Shown piece by piece: positions 51,140-64,000 of a stretch of 64,000 nucleotides of DNA. Numbering within the stretch: the stretch's first letter is position 1; every line of letters begins with the position of its first letter. Position numbers and translations under genes: made by a program. Origin of the DNA: Squalus acanthias (lineage: Eukaryota); NCBI GenBank assembly GCA_030390025.1, contig JASTWF010000088.1, forward strand, positions 248,001 to 312,000. Reading direction: 5' to 3'. The notes beneath the pieces are model-generated. The model was given only the letters and a program-made list of their open reading frames with translations, did not search any database and was not told the DNA's origin.

Positions 51140-52185
51140 TGTCCCTCAGCCCCAGGGTGGATATATCACCCTGTGTTTCCCTGACAGTGTTTCCCAGGGT
51201 GGATATATCACCCTGTGTTCCCCTGACAGTGTTCCCCAGGGCAGATATATCATCCGGTCTCCTCTGCATTGGGGAGACCAAATGCAGATTGGGTGACCGC
51301 TTAGCAGAACACCTCCGTTCAGTCCGTAAGGGTGACCCCGAGTGTCCGGTGGCCTGTCACTTTAATTCTCCACTCCACTCCCACTCTGGCCTCTCCATCC
51401 TCGGCCTCTTACACTGTTCCAATGAAGCTCAACGTAAGCTCGAGGAACAGCACCTCATCTTTCGCTTAGGCACTTTACAACCTTCTGGACTTAACATCGA
51501 GTTCAACAATTTCAAACCATAACCTCTGCCCCTATCTTCTTTTTTCATTTTTTTTCTCTCTCTCTCACATGGTATCTGTTGATCATTCTGCCATTGCCAT
51601 TTACACTTCATCTAGAGTCATCTTTTGTTTCTTAACTTGTCACATGACCATCTCCTTTTGCCTTGCACCATCATCCCTTTTGTCTATTAATCTCTCCTGC
51701 CTTCCATCCTATCACAGACCTTCCCTTTTGTTATTTCCTCCCCTCCCCCCTTTCTCTGCCCCTACACTTGCTTAAAAACCTGTTCCATCTCCAACTTTTT
51801 CCAGTTCTGACGAAGGGTCATCGACCTGAAATGTTAACTTTGTTTCTCTCTCCACAGATGCTGCCGGACCTGCTGAGTATTTGTAGCATTTTCTGTTTAT
51901 ATCACCCGGTGTTCCCCTGACAGTGTTCCCCAGGGCGGATATATCACCTTGTGTTCCTCTGATAGTGTTCCCCAGGGCAGCTATATCACCCTGTGTTCCT
52001 CTGATAGTGTTCCCCAGGGCGGATATATCACCCTGTGTTCCCCTGACAGTGTTCCCCAGGGCAGATATATCACCCTGTGTTCCCCTGAAAGTGTTCCACA
52101 GGGCGGATATATCACCCTGTGTTCCCCTGACAGTGTTCCCCAGGTTGGATATATCACCCTGTGTTCCTCTGAGAGTGTCTCCCAG
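51140..52185. repeat. 39-bp minisatellite (GGATATATCACCCTGTGTTCCCCTGACAGTGTTCCCCAG) interrupted by a Penelope 3' fragment
   Basis: Units at 51140-51250 and 51900-52185. Confidence 0.9.
51251..51900 (+). mobile_element. Penelope-like 3' fragment (GIY-YIG C-terminus + hammerhead-like motif)
   Basis: LCIGETKCRLGDRLAEH...GLNIEF; AGTT-CTGACGA-AGGGTC ATC GACCT-GAAA-TGTT-AACT at about 51803-51839. Confidence 0.82.
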
Positions 52186-55025
52186 CCCTGGGTATGTCCC
52201 ATCCCACCAGCAGGACAGACCCACCAGGGGTGGCCGCACAGTGGTATACAGTCGGGAGAGAGTGGCTTGGAGATTCCTCAGCATTGACTCCGGACCCCAT
52301 GAAGTCTCATGGCATCAGGTCAAACACGGGCAAGGAAATCTCCTGCTGATTACCACCTAGCTCACACTATTCCGCATTGAATTTAATCTGTCATGTATCC
52401 ACCCATTCCACCAGCCTGTCTATGTCCTCTTGAAGTCTATTACTATCTTCCTCACTGTTTACTACATTTCCTAGTTTCGTGTCATTTGCAAGTTTTGAAA
52501 TTGTGCCCTGTATCCCCAAGTCCAAGTCATAATCTATATCAAAAACAGCAGTGATCCTAGTACAAAACCCTGGGGAATACTACTGTATACCTCCCTCCAG
52601 TCTGAAAAACAGCCATTCACCACAACTCTGTTTTCTATCCCTTAGTCAATTTTGTATCCATGCTGCTACTGCTCCTTTTATCCCATGGACTGCAATTTTG
52701 CCAACAAACCTAATATGTGGTACTTTATCAAACTCCTTTTGAAAGTCCATGTACACTATATCAACTGCACTGCCCTCATCCACCCTCTCTGTTACCTCAT
52801 CAAGAAACTCAAACAACTTAGTCAAACATGATTTGCCCTAAAAAAAATCCGTGCTGGCTTTCTGTTATTGGTCCATACTTGTCCAAGTGGCTGTTAATTC
52901 TGTCTCAGATTATTGTTTCTAAAAGCTTCTCCACCACCAACGTTAAACTGATGGGCCCATAATTGCCAGATTTATCCTTCCCCCTTTTTTGAACAAGGGT
53001 GTAACTTTTGCAATCTTCCAGTCCTCTGGAAACACTTGACCTCATCCTCACCAATCTACCTGTTGCAGATGCATCTGTCCATGACTGTATTGGTAGGAGT
53101 GACCAAATTGGTGGAGACAAAATCCCGTCTTCAAGCTGAGCACACCCTCCAATGTGTGACATTACCACTGTGCTAAATGGGATACATTCAGAACAGATCT
53201 AGCAGCTCAAAACTGGGTATCCATGAGACGCTGTGGGCCATCATCAACAGCAGAATTATATTCCACCTCAATCTGTAACCTCATGGCCCGGCATATCCCT
53301 CACTCTACCATTACCATCAAGCCAGGCGACCAACCCTGGTTTAATGAGGAGTGTAGAAGAGCATGCCAGGAGCAGCACCAGGTGTACCTAAAAATGAGGT
53401 GCCAACCTGGCAAAGCTACAACACAGGACTACGTGCATGCTAAACAGCAGAAGCAGCATGCTATAGACAGAGCTAAGCAATCCCACAATCAACGGATCAG
53501 GTCAAAGCGCTGCAGTCCTGCCACATCCAGTCGTGAATGGTGGTGGACAATTAAACAACTAACTGGGGGAGGAGGCTGCATCTCAATTATGCTCAATCAT
53601 GGCAGAGCCCAGCACGTGAGTGCAAAAGACAAGGCTGAAGCGTTCACAACTATCTTCAGCCAGAAGTGTCGAGGAGCTGATACATCGCGGCTTCCTCCTG
53701 AGGACCCCACCATCACAGATGCCAGTCTTCAGCCAATTTGATTCACTCCACATGATATCAAGAAGCAGCTGAATGCACTGGATGCAGCAAAGGCTATGGG
53801 CCCTGAGAACATCCTGGATGTCGTGCTGCAGACTTGTGCTCCAGAACTAGCCATGTCTCTAGCCAAGCTGCTCCAGTATAGCTATAACACTGGCATCTAC
53901 CTGACAAAGTGAAAACTTTGGTCCTGGGAATCCTCAACATTGACTTCGGATTCCATGAAGTCTCATGGCTTCAGGTCAAACATGGGCAAAGAAACCTTCT
54001 GCTGATTACCACCTACCGCCCTCCCTCAGCTGATGAATCAGTACTCCTCCATATTGAAGACCCTTGGAAGAAGCACTGACGGTGGCAAAGGCACAGAACG
54101 TACTCTGAGTGGAGGACTTCAATGTCCATCACCAAGAGTGGCTCGGTAGCACCACTACTGACTGAGCTGGCCGAGTCCTGAAGGACATAGCTGCCAGACT
54201 GGGCCTGCGGAGGGTGGTGAGAGAACTAACACGAGGGAAAAACCTACTTGACCTTGGCCTCCCCGATCTACCTGTCACAGATGCATCTGTCCATGACAGT
54301 ATTGGTAGGAGTGATCACCGCACAGTCCTTGTAGAGACTAAGTCCTGTCTTCACACTGAGGACACCCTTCATCGTGTTGTGTGGCACTACCACTGTGCTA
54401 AATGGGATAGATTCAGAACAGATCTAGCAGCTCAAAACTGGGCATCCATGAGACACTGTGGGCCATCAGCAGCAGCAGAATTGTTTTTCACCACAATCTG
54501 TAACCTCATGGCCCAGCATATCCCTCACTCTACCATTACCATCAAGCCAGGTTACCAACCCTGGTTCAATGAGGAGTGTAGAAGAGCATGCTGGGAGCAG
54601 CACTAGGCGTACCTAAAAATGAAGTGGCAAACTGATGAAGCAACATCACAGGACTACATACATGCTAAACAGGGGAACCATCATGCTATAGACAGAGATA
54701 AGCGGTCCCACAACCAATGGATCAGATCAAAGCTCTGCCTGACCTAGTGTCTGTCCTTCTTAAATAAACCCCGTATCAGCAGCTCCTCTGACAGTGTCCC
54801 CAGTCCAAGTTTATTTATTTAACCCTAGGCTCCCCTGACAATGTCTCCCAGTACAAGGTTGTTTATCTAACCCTGGGCTCCCCTGACGTGTTAGTTCAGT
54901 CACCTTGCATATTTAGTGGATCAGCGATGTTACTGTCCGATCCCAATCACAGTGGGTAATGACCGATGGAAAGTGAACTGGAGCCATTCTGAAGCAGGAT
55001 GTCCTGTGCAGTCATTCTCCATCAC

Positions 55026-55252
55026 CTGGTCGGACGTTGTTTAGACTTTGTGTTTTTGTGCGTGTGATTGGCAGTGTGAGAGGCAGTAATGATAAATTAC
55101 ACCACGCACCCTCTGACAGCTTGATGCTGCCCTGTCTCAACAATCCAGGGGTCACGTCCAACACAAAGCTTCCCTTCCATTCACAGCGGACAGATAACAG
55201 CGTCTGTGGTTAGTAATGTAACCAACACAGGCCTGAACTCGTGTCTGCCCTT
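55026..55252 (-). pseudogene. Degenerate class II peptide-binding-domain-like exon (pseudogene 2)
   Basis: TTTAAG acceptor and CCAG|GT donor, both phase 1. (E)GQTRVQAC...YLSAVNGREA[fs]VLD...AWCN...C..RP. Confidence 0.45.
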
Positions 55253-56294
55253 CTTAAACAAACCCCATATCAGCAGCTGTGTGATGGAAGTTGTGTGAAG
55301 CCGGTGTTATTATATCTACAGCAGGCTGAAGGTCCTTGTATAAAGAATGGCTTCCTGGTGTCCAGCCTTTGATAGTGTTAGCTGGACTTTCCTTTTTCCA
55401 ATTGGAGTTGATGGGAATGTTAGGGTTGAAATTAGGAACACAGTAACAAGAGGAGGCCATTCAGCCCCTCGAGCCTAATCCGCCATTCCATTAGATTATG
55501 GCTGATCTGTATCTTAACTCCATCTACCCGCCTTGGTTCCGTAACCCTTAATACCCTTGCCTAACAATAAATCTACCAATCTCAGTTTTGAGATTTTCCA
55601 AACTCAACAGTTTTTTGGGGCAGAGAGTTCCAGATTTCCACTACCTTTTGTGTGAAGAAGTGCTTTCTGACATCACCCCTGAACTAATTGTAAGGCTATG
55701 TCCCCTTGTTCTGGACTCCCCCACCAGAGGAAATAGTTTCTCTCTATCCACACTATCTACTCCTTTAAACATCTTAAACACCTCAATTAGATCACCCCTT
55801 CATCTTTTATATTCAAGGGAATGCAAGCCTATGTCTGTGCAACCTGACTTATAATTTAACCCTTTTAGCCCCGGTATCATTCTGGTGAATCTGTGCTGCA
55901 GTGGAGAAGTGGGCAAGGGGGAATGAGGGATGGGTATAGGGACAGCAGAAGGGAGGGTGATGGGGTGGGCAGAAGAAAGGCAGGGGGGCAAACTGTTCCA
56001 TCCTCAACATCTTCGTCTTCTAGCATCCGCAGTATTTTGCTATTGTATTAGCGTTCCATCCTCACACCTGGACTTTCTTTTAAATCAGGGGAGGGGTTAT
56101 GAGCTAAAAGGCCCATGGCTCTTCCTTTGCACAGAGGAGGTGAGGGGTGGTCTTCCCTCATTCAGGGCCCAATTACCTACTCATTGTGCGGGAGGGAGCT
56201 ACTGTCCCACAGGCCTCCACTGTGCACTCAGTGCAGGGGAGGACCTAGTATTCTCCTCTTGTTAGGCACCCTATCCAATGACTTGAAAGGTAAC

Positions 56295-56673
56295 AGGTGT
56301 GGTGCAGTTGTAGCGCTCTCACCTCTGAGTCAGAAGGTTGTGGATTCAAGTTCAACTCCAGTGACTTGAGCACAAAATCTAGGCTGGCACTCCAGTGCAG
56401 TCCTGAGGGAGAGCTGCACTGTCAGAGGTGCTGCCAGATGAGACGTAAAAACAGCTGAATGTAAATGATCCCATGGCGTTATTTGAAGTAGAGCAGGGAA
56501 GTGCTCACCGGTGTCCTGGACAATATTTATCGCTCAACCAATATCACTAAAACAGATTATCTGGTCATTATCTCATTGCTGTTTGTGGAACCTTGCTGTA
56601 CGTAAATTGGCCGCTGCATTCACCTACACTTCAAAAGTAATCCTGAGGTGAAAGGTGCCATATAGCTACAAGT
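56295..56673 (+). mobile_element. DeuSINE (SacSINE1-like)
   Basis: tRNA-like head, TTGAGCACAAAATCTAGGCTG...GATCCCATGGC...CAGATTATCTGGTCATT central domain; fragment also at about 18800-18893. Confidence 0.7.
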
Positions 56674-58958
56674 AGCCAAGTTGTTCCAGTGCAGCTATGA
56701 CACTGGCAGCTACCCGACAATGTGGAAGATTGCCCAGGTATATCCTATCCACAAAAGAACAGGCTAAATCTAACCCGCCATACATCCTAATGGTACATGA
56801 GCAATGCCGTGAAGCGATAGCTGAAGCAAATAGGGTGTTAGGGTGTATCCACAGGACAATTGAAATGAGGCATACTACTTTGTCCTTGTACAGGACCTTG
56901 GTCAGGCCGCACTTGGATTACTGTGCCCAGTTTTGATCTCCTCACATGATGGGGCTTTGGAGAGGGTACAGAGGAGGGCCACTAGACTAATTCCTAGTTT
57001 AAAGCATCTTAATTATCAAGATAGACTAAAAGACTTTAGAGAAGCGTAGACTTAGAGGTGATCAGATTCTGGTTTATAAGATGATGAATGGAATAGATTG
57101 TGTTCCAGTTGACAGTTTGTTTCAATTAAGTAGGTTAGGCAGGACCAGGGGTCACAAATTTAAGTTGTATAAGGCCAGATCTAGGTTAGATGTCAGGAGG
57201 TGGTTCTTTTCCCAGAGAATAGTGGACCTCTGGAACAGGCTGCTGTCCCGTGCAGTGAACGCTGATTCGCTGAATTCCTTCTGGCTGGGGTGGAGATCAC
57301 CTCTTACAGAATGTAGGTACTGCAGGGAATTCATGGCCAGGGTGATCTCCTGGACTAGTTTCAATTGCCTAGATTGGTCAGAGAGGAATTTCCCAGCCAT
57401 TTTTCCACAAATTGGCCTCGATTTTTTATCATTTTTTTTGCTAGGAGTTCACATGGTTTCAGGTAGGGTGCAGTGTATATATTGTGATACACAAGGTGTC
57501 ACAATTGTGTGGGCCAGGCTCGATGGGCCAGAGAGTATTTACCTGTCCATCATTGTTTGTATGTTCATATATTTGGTCAATTACCACCTATCAGCCTCCT
57601 CCTGGTCATCAGTAAAGTGATGGAATCATCAGCAATGACATTGAGTGATCCTCAGTCTCCAACACTCGGTTCGAGTTCCACCAGAACTTGGCTCCAGACC
57701 TCATCATAGCCTTGATCCAGACATGGGCACATGAGCTGAATGCCAGAGGAGGGGAGGTGAGATTAGCTGCCTTCAACATCAAGGCAGAATTTGACAAAGG
57801 AGCCCAGGCAAAACTGAACTCAATGTGGGTAAAAGAGAAACCCCTCCAGTGGCTGGAGTCATGCCTGATGGGAAAGAAGATGGTTGTGGTTGTCGGAGGC
57901 CAATCATTGCAGCCTCAGGACATCATTGCAGAAGTAGCTCAGGGAAGTGCCCTTGCCCAATTATCTTGTTACTTCATCAATGACTTTTGCTCCAGGATGT
58001 TCACTGACAATTGATTCCACAGTGTTGAGCTCCATTCAAACTCCTCCAATAATGGATAACTCACCACTTACCTGGCTGTTACAGCCACAACATCATTCAA
58101 GATGCTCAACACCATCCAGAGCATCAGTGCCTCTGTAGCTGGACTTAATATCGACTCCCTCTACCACCAGCGCACCCATGGCTGGAGTATGTATGATCTA
58201 CAGGATGCACTCTAGCAACTCACCAAGGTTACTTCACCAAGCTCCACTTTTCTCCCCATGAACCTCGACAATCAGCAAGGAAAAGAACATCAATGTTGTG
58301 GTACCCTCCAAGTCACACACCATCCTGACTTGGACAAATATCGGCAATTCCTTCATCGTGGCTGGGTCAATATCCTGGAACATCCTAGTGACCAGCACTG
58401 TGGGAGCACCGTCACCAGACCGACTGCAGCGATTCAAGGAGAAGGCTCACCACCACCTTCTCAACGCAGCTAGTGATAGATAATCAATCTGTTCATGGCA
58501 GCATTACCCAGAAAACAAAAAAGTTCATTCTCATTCTGTTGGTGTCCTTTCCTGAAATTTCATATTTCTGTCCTGATCATCACTAATTCTACGTGTGGGA
58601 CCCTCTTTAGGGTGGTGCTGGGGGGTGGGGGGGGGGGGGGGGGTAATGTTCCAAAAACTTTACATTTCCGAAGGTCTTTACAAGAACAATCAATAACATG
58701 CCGCCCACTCCTCGTGGACTCCTCGTGTGCCTTTACCACCAGCAATGTGTGAGCTCACATTAATTAGCATTCATTAGCACATATGTAAATGTAAAGTGTT
58801 ATGTTCAGTGACAACATTGGAGAAATGACAGCAACTTCTGACTGAGGATCTCTTTCCCCACTAATGTTAATTGAAGTCACTGTATATTCAACAATGGAGC
58901 CCAACAGCAAATTTACTGCCTCAGTCTGGAATAAATGGTTAGCATCTAGAAGATCAAT

Positions 58959-61448
58959 CCTGATATTGGTGCTGTATATAGTAACCCCTGCCCCGTGATT
59001 GTTCCCCATCCCGTTTCTCTATTTCCCCCTTCAGTGCTCCCTGATATTCGTGCTGTATATAGTAACCCCTGCCCTGTGATTGCTCCCCATCCTGTATCTC
59101 TATTTCCCCCTTCAGTACTCCCTGATCTTCAAGCTGTATGTAGTAAACCCTGCCCCGTGATTGCTCCCCATCCTGTATCTCTATTTCCCCCTTCAGTACT
59201 CCCTGATATTGGTGCTGTATATAGTAACCCCTGCCCTGTGATTGCTCCCCATCCTGTATCTCTATTTCCCCATTCAGTACTCCCTGATATTGGTGCTGTA
59301 TATAGTAACCCCTGCCCCGTGATTGCTCCTGATCCTGTATCTCTATTTCCACCTTCAGTACTCTCTGATATTGGTGCTGTATAGAATAACCCCTGCCCCG
59401 TGATTGTTCCCCATCCTGTATCTCTATTTCCCCCTTCAGTACTCCCTGATAATGGTGCTGTAAATAGTAACCCCTGCCCTGTGATTGCTCCCTATCCCGT
59501 TTCTCCATTTCCCCCTTCAGTACTCCCTGATATTGATGCTGTATATAGTAACCCCTGCCCCGTGATTGTTCCCCATTCTGTATCTCTATTTCCCCCTTCA
59601 GTACTCCCTGATATTGGTGCTGTATATAGCAACCCCTGCCCCATGATTGTTCCCCATTCTGTATCTCTATTTACCCCTTCAGTACTCCCTGATATTGGTG
59701 CTGTATATAGTAACCCCTGCCCCGTGATTGTTCCCCATCCTGTTTCTCTATTTCCCCCTTCAGAACTCTCAGATATTGGTGCTGTAAATAGTAACCCCTG
59801 CTCCGTGATTGTTCCCCATCCTTTATCTCTATTTCCCCCTACAGTGCTCTCTGATATTGGTGCTGTATATAGTAACCCCTGCCCTGTGATTGCTCCCCAT
59901 CCTGTATCTCTATTTCCCCCTTCAGTACTCTCGGATATTGGTGCTGTATATAGTAACCCCTGCCCCGTGATTGTTCCCCATTCTGTATCTCTATTTCCCC
60001 TTCAGTACTCTGATATTGGTGCTGTATATAGTAACACCTGCCCTGTGATTGCTCCCCATCCTGTATCTCTATTTCCCCCTTCAGTACTCTCTGATATTGG
60101 TGCTGTATATAGTAACCCCTGCCCTGTGATTGCTCCCCATCCTGTATCTCTATTTCCCCCTTCAGTGCTCTCTGATATTGGTGCTGTATATAGTAACCCC
60201 TGCCCTGTGATTGCTCCCCATCCTGTATCTCTATTTCCCCCTTCAGTGCTCTCTGATATTGGTGCTGTATATAGTAACCCCTGCCCCGTGATTGTTCCCC
60301 ATCCCGTTTCTCTATTTCCCCCTTCAGTACTCCCTGATATTGGTGCTGTAAATAGTAACCCCTGCCCTGTGATTGCTCCCCATCCCATTTCTCTATTTCC
60401 CCCTTCAGTACTCCCTGATATTGGTGCTGTAAATAGTAAACCCTGCCCTGTGATTGTTCCCCATTCTGTATCTCTATTTCCCCCTTCAGCACTCCCTGAT
60501 ATTGGTGCTGTATATAGTAACCCCTGCCCCATGATTGTTCCCCATCCTGTATCTCTATTTCCCCCTTCTGTACTCCAAGATATTGGTGCTGTATATAGTA
60601 ACCCCTGCCCCGTGATTGTTCCCCATTCTGTATCTCTATTTCCCCCTTTAGTACTCCAAGATATTGGTGCTGTATATAGTAACCCCTGCCCCGTGATTGC
60701 TCCCCATCCCGTTTCTCTATTTCACCCTTCAGTGCTCTCTGATATTGGTGCTGTATATAGTAACCACTGCCCCGTGATTTTTCCCCATCCTGTATCTCTA
60801 TTTCCCTCTTCAGTACTCCCTGATATTGTTGCTGTATATAGTAACCCCTTCCCTGTGATTGCTCCCCATTCTGTATCTCTATTTCCCCCTTCAGTACTCC
60901 AAGATATTGGTGCTGTATATAGTAACCCCTGCCCAGTGATTGCTCCCCATCCCGTTTCTCTATTTCCCCCTTCAGTGCTCTCTGATATTGGTGCTGTATA
61001 TAGTAACCCCTGCCCCGTGATTGTTCCCCATTCTGTATCTCTATTTCCCCCTTCAGTACTCCAAGATATTGGTGCTGTATATAGTAACCCCTGCCCCGTG
61101 ACTGCTCCCCATCATGTATCTCTATTTCCCCCTTCAGTACTCCCAGATATTGGTGCTGTAAATAGTAACCCCTGCCCTGTGATTGCTCCCCATCCTGTAT
61201 CTCTATTTCCCCCTTCAGTGCTCTCTGATATTGGTGCTGTATATAGTAACCCCTGCCCCGTGATTGTTCCCCATCCTGTATCTCTATTTCCCCCTTCAGT
61301 ACTCCCTGATATTGGTGCTGTATATAGTAACCCCTTCCCTGTGATTGTTCCCCATCCTGTATCTCTATTTCCCCCTTCAGTACTCTCTGATATTGGTGCT
61401 GTATAGAGTAACTCCCGCCCTGTGATTGCTCCCCATCCAGTTTCTCTA
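58959..61448. repeat. 81-bp tandem satellite, about 30 copies
   Basis: Unit CCTGATATTGGTGCTGTATATAGTAACCCCTGCCC.GTGATTG.TCCCCATCC.GT.TCTCTATTTCCCCCTTCAGT.CTC. Confidence 0.97.
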
Positions 61449-61504
61449 TGTCCGCTGCGTAGCTCTATGGTCACACACTGAGCCCAATGTCCTACCTACT
61501 GATG

Positions 61505-61735
61505 ACAGTACCACACAGTGGCAGACAAACAGCTCTCAGCGTAATTTCTTGCTGTGGGGAAGTGAAACAGGAAGTGCTTTGGTTTGACTCAACCTTGTTC
61601 CAAAGAATATTCCCAAATAAGGATGTCTTGTGCGTACCTGGGTTTAGAGTGAGACCATGGTGGTTTACACCGCTAGCCAATAGGATCTGTAGAGCGCCAG
61701 TCTGTCATCTGTTGCTGAGAGAGGCTCTCTCATGG
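61505..61735 (-). promoter_or_regulatory. X-Y box module + Ets-IRF, ETS and AP-1 sites + leader remnant (pseudogene 2)
   Basis: X1 CTCAGCAACAGATG (61719-61706), 21 nt, CCTATTGG (61684-61677). ATG at 61658 and CAG|GTACGC donor. GGAAGTGAAA 61558-61567, CAGGAAGTG 61568-61576, TGACTCA 61585-61591. Confidence 0.72.
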
Positions 61736-61914
61736 AGTTTTCAAATTTACAACAATCACTGGGCTTATGTAAGATGAGGCACTTGGACTTCTCCAGGGTG
61801 AGCAGGAGATGCAGGTCCATGAACTTAGCTTTGGTGAAACCCCTCAATGGAACAGTTCCCCATACAGGTATATGCACCATAGTCCCAAATATAGGTGGGC
61901 TGTCCCACAGGTCA

Positions 61915-63355
61915 ATACATAGGATTACATAGGATATACGACACAGAAACAGGCCATTCGGCCCAACCAGTCAATACCGGTGTTTATGCTCCACTCGAGC
62001 CTCCTCCCGCCTTTCCTCATCTAAGTCTATCAGCATAACCCTCTATTCCGTTTTCCCTCATATGCTTGTCTAGCCTCCCTTTAAATGCATCTATACTATT
62101 CGCTTCAACCACTCCCTGTTGTAGCGAGTTCCACATTCTCACCACTCTTTGGGTAAAGAAGTTTCTTCTGAATTCCCTATTGCATTTCTTGGTGACAGTC
62201 TTATATTGATGGCCTCTAGTTATGCTCTTCCCTACAAGTGGAAACATTTTCTCTGTATCCACTCTATCAAAATTTTTCATAATTTTAAAGACCTTTATGA
62301 GGTGACCCCTCAGCCTTCTTTTTTCAAAGGAAAAGAGACCCAGCCTGTTCATCCTTTCCTGTTATGTGTACCCTCGCATTTCTGGTATCATCCTTGTAAA
62401 TCTTCTCTACACCCTCTCCAGTACCTCTATATCCTTTTTATAATATGGCGACCCAAACTGTACGCAGTACTCTAAGTGTGGTCTAACCAAGTTCGATACA
62501 GGCTTAGCATAACTTCCCTACTTTTCAATTCTAACCCTCTAGAAATAAACCCTAGTGCTTAGTTTGCTATTTTTATGGCCTGGCTAACCTGTGTCGCAAC
62601 TTTCAGTGATTTGTGTATTTGTACTCAGAGATCCATTTGTTCCTCTACCCCACCTAGACTCGCACCCTCCAAGTGATAAGTGACCTCCCTATTCTTCCTA
62701 CCAAAATGTAATACCTCACATTTATCTGTGTTGAACTTCATTTGCCAATTATATGCCCATTTTGCAAGTTTATTAATGTCCTCCTGTAATTTGTTGCAGC
62801 CCTCCTCAGTATTGACTATCCCCCCCAATTTGGTGTCATCTGCAAATTTAGAAATTGTGTTTTTGATTCCTAAGTCTAAATCATTAATATAAATTGTGAT
62901 CAACAGTGGTCCCAGCACTGATCCTTATGGAACACCACCACCCACCTTCTGCCATTGTGAATAACTACCCTTTACTCCTACTCTCTGCTTTCTGTCCTGA
63001 AGCCAGCCAGCAATCCATTCTGCTACTTGTTCCCTGACTCCACATTCTCTGACCTTCTTCATCAGTCTATTATGGGGTACCTTATCGAAGGCCTTTCAAA
63101 AATCCAGATAAATTACATTGATTGCATTACCATTGTCTACTCTCTCTGTTACCTCTTCAAAAAATTCAATAAGGTTGGTCAAGCAAGACTTTCCCTCTTG
63201 AAATCCATGCTGACTAGTCATTATTATATATTTGGTTTCTAGATGATCTTCTATTTTCTCCTTTATTGGGGTTTCTATTATTTTTTCTGCCATCGATGTT
63301 AAGCTGACTGGTCTATAATTCTCTGGACATGTTCTACCCCCTACTTAAATATAGG
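61915..63355 (-). mobile_element. CR1 LINE 3' portion
   Basis: SQHGF..GKSCLTNL, KFADDTKLGG, RRNFFTQRVV..WNSL. Confidence 0.85.
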
Positions 63356-63356
63356 T

Positions 63357-64000
63357 CATGATGTGGAGATGCCGGCGTTGGACAAAAATGAGAAGTCGCA
63401 CAACACCAGGTTATAGTCCAACAGATTTATTTAATTTTACAAGCTTTCGGAGCAGTTCGCTCCTTCGTCAGGTAAGTTAGCAGTGAGAGAATCTCCCAGA
63501 ATTCACAATTTAAACACAGACAAAATCTATTCACATCTTTCCCTACATCAAAGAGCACAGCCAAGACAATGAGATGTGTCCCAGGGGGTCCAACGTGTCA
63601 AACCACCTGCTGGCTGCATATCCTGTCAATTTGTGTAGGTTCTTGTGTTAGTCTTTTTAAAAAAAAACACCTGGGAAGACCGGCCATGATGTCAAGTCAC
63701 GTTCTGTATCGTGACATGAACCCGATATCGCGATTGAGGCCATCCTCATAGACTTCCTCAGAAGACGAACACGGGACACAACCAACAGAGTACCCTACGT
63801 CGTCCAGTACTTCCCCAGAGTGGAAAAACTACGCCATGTTCTTCGCAGCCTTCAACATGTCATCGATGACGACGAACACCTTGCTAAGGCCATCCCCACG
63901 CCTCAACTACTCGCCTTCAAGCAGCCGCCTAACCTCAAAAGTACCATCGTTCGCAGCAGATTACCCATCTTTCAGGAGAACAGCAACCAAGACACCACAC
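63357..64000. mobile_element. Penelope-like element with inverted structure (minus-strand 3' end 63357-63748; plus-strand ORF fragment from 63749)
   Basis: Minus strand: EDGLNRDIGFMSRYRT* ORF end. Plus strand: RVPYVVQYFP...AFKQPPNLKSTIVRSRL. Confidence 0.85.
63437..63475 (-). ncRNA. Minimal type I hammerhead ribozyme of the Penelope terminus
   Basis: UUAC-CUGACGA-A-GGAGC GAACU GCUCC-GAAA-GC-UU-GUAA. Stem I UUAC/GUAA, stem II GGAGC/GCUCC, palindromic minimal stem III. Confidence 0.75.

Noticed and set aside
58954-61474. 668-aa and other ORFs with 27-aa periodicity
   Set aside because: Product of an 81-bp satellite; substitutions show no evident codon-position constraint and there is no gene context.

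Overview
Repeat-rich vertebrate genomic DNA, almost certainly from a shark or other cartilaginous fish (HE1/V-SINE- and DeuSINE-type repeats, shark-type MHC IIB). It holds one 6-exon classical-type MHC class II beta gene on the + strand (12667-32011). That gene has a tandem X-Y-box promoter and a 1-nt deletion in exon 3. Downstream, on the minus strand, lie what look like two heavily decayed, highly divergent class II beta-like pseudogenes. Each still keeps a recognisable X-Y box module plus an Ets-IRF composite site (about 37.3-37.6 kb and 61.5-61.7 kb). The most striking mobile-element system is a young Tx1-clade non-LTR retrotransposon. It has inserted twice at exactly the same base of one target, (CTAT)AACCTGGTGTTG|TGCGACTTCTC. 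That target belongs to the hammerhead-ribozyme-bearing terminus of a Penelope-like element, an empty copy of which sits at 63.36-63.48 kb. The Tx1 5' end carries about 55 nt of this target, which would regenerate the site and explain the head-to-tail array. The 5' UTR of the full-length copy shows dense A-to-G (sense-strand) hypermutation. The rest is nested CR1/L2/RTE LINEs, SINEs, Penelope fragments, a MITE and tandem repeats. All alignments and counts were done by eye.
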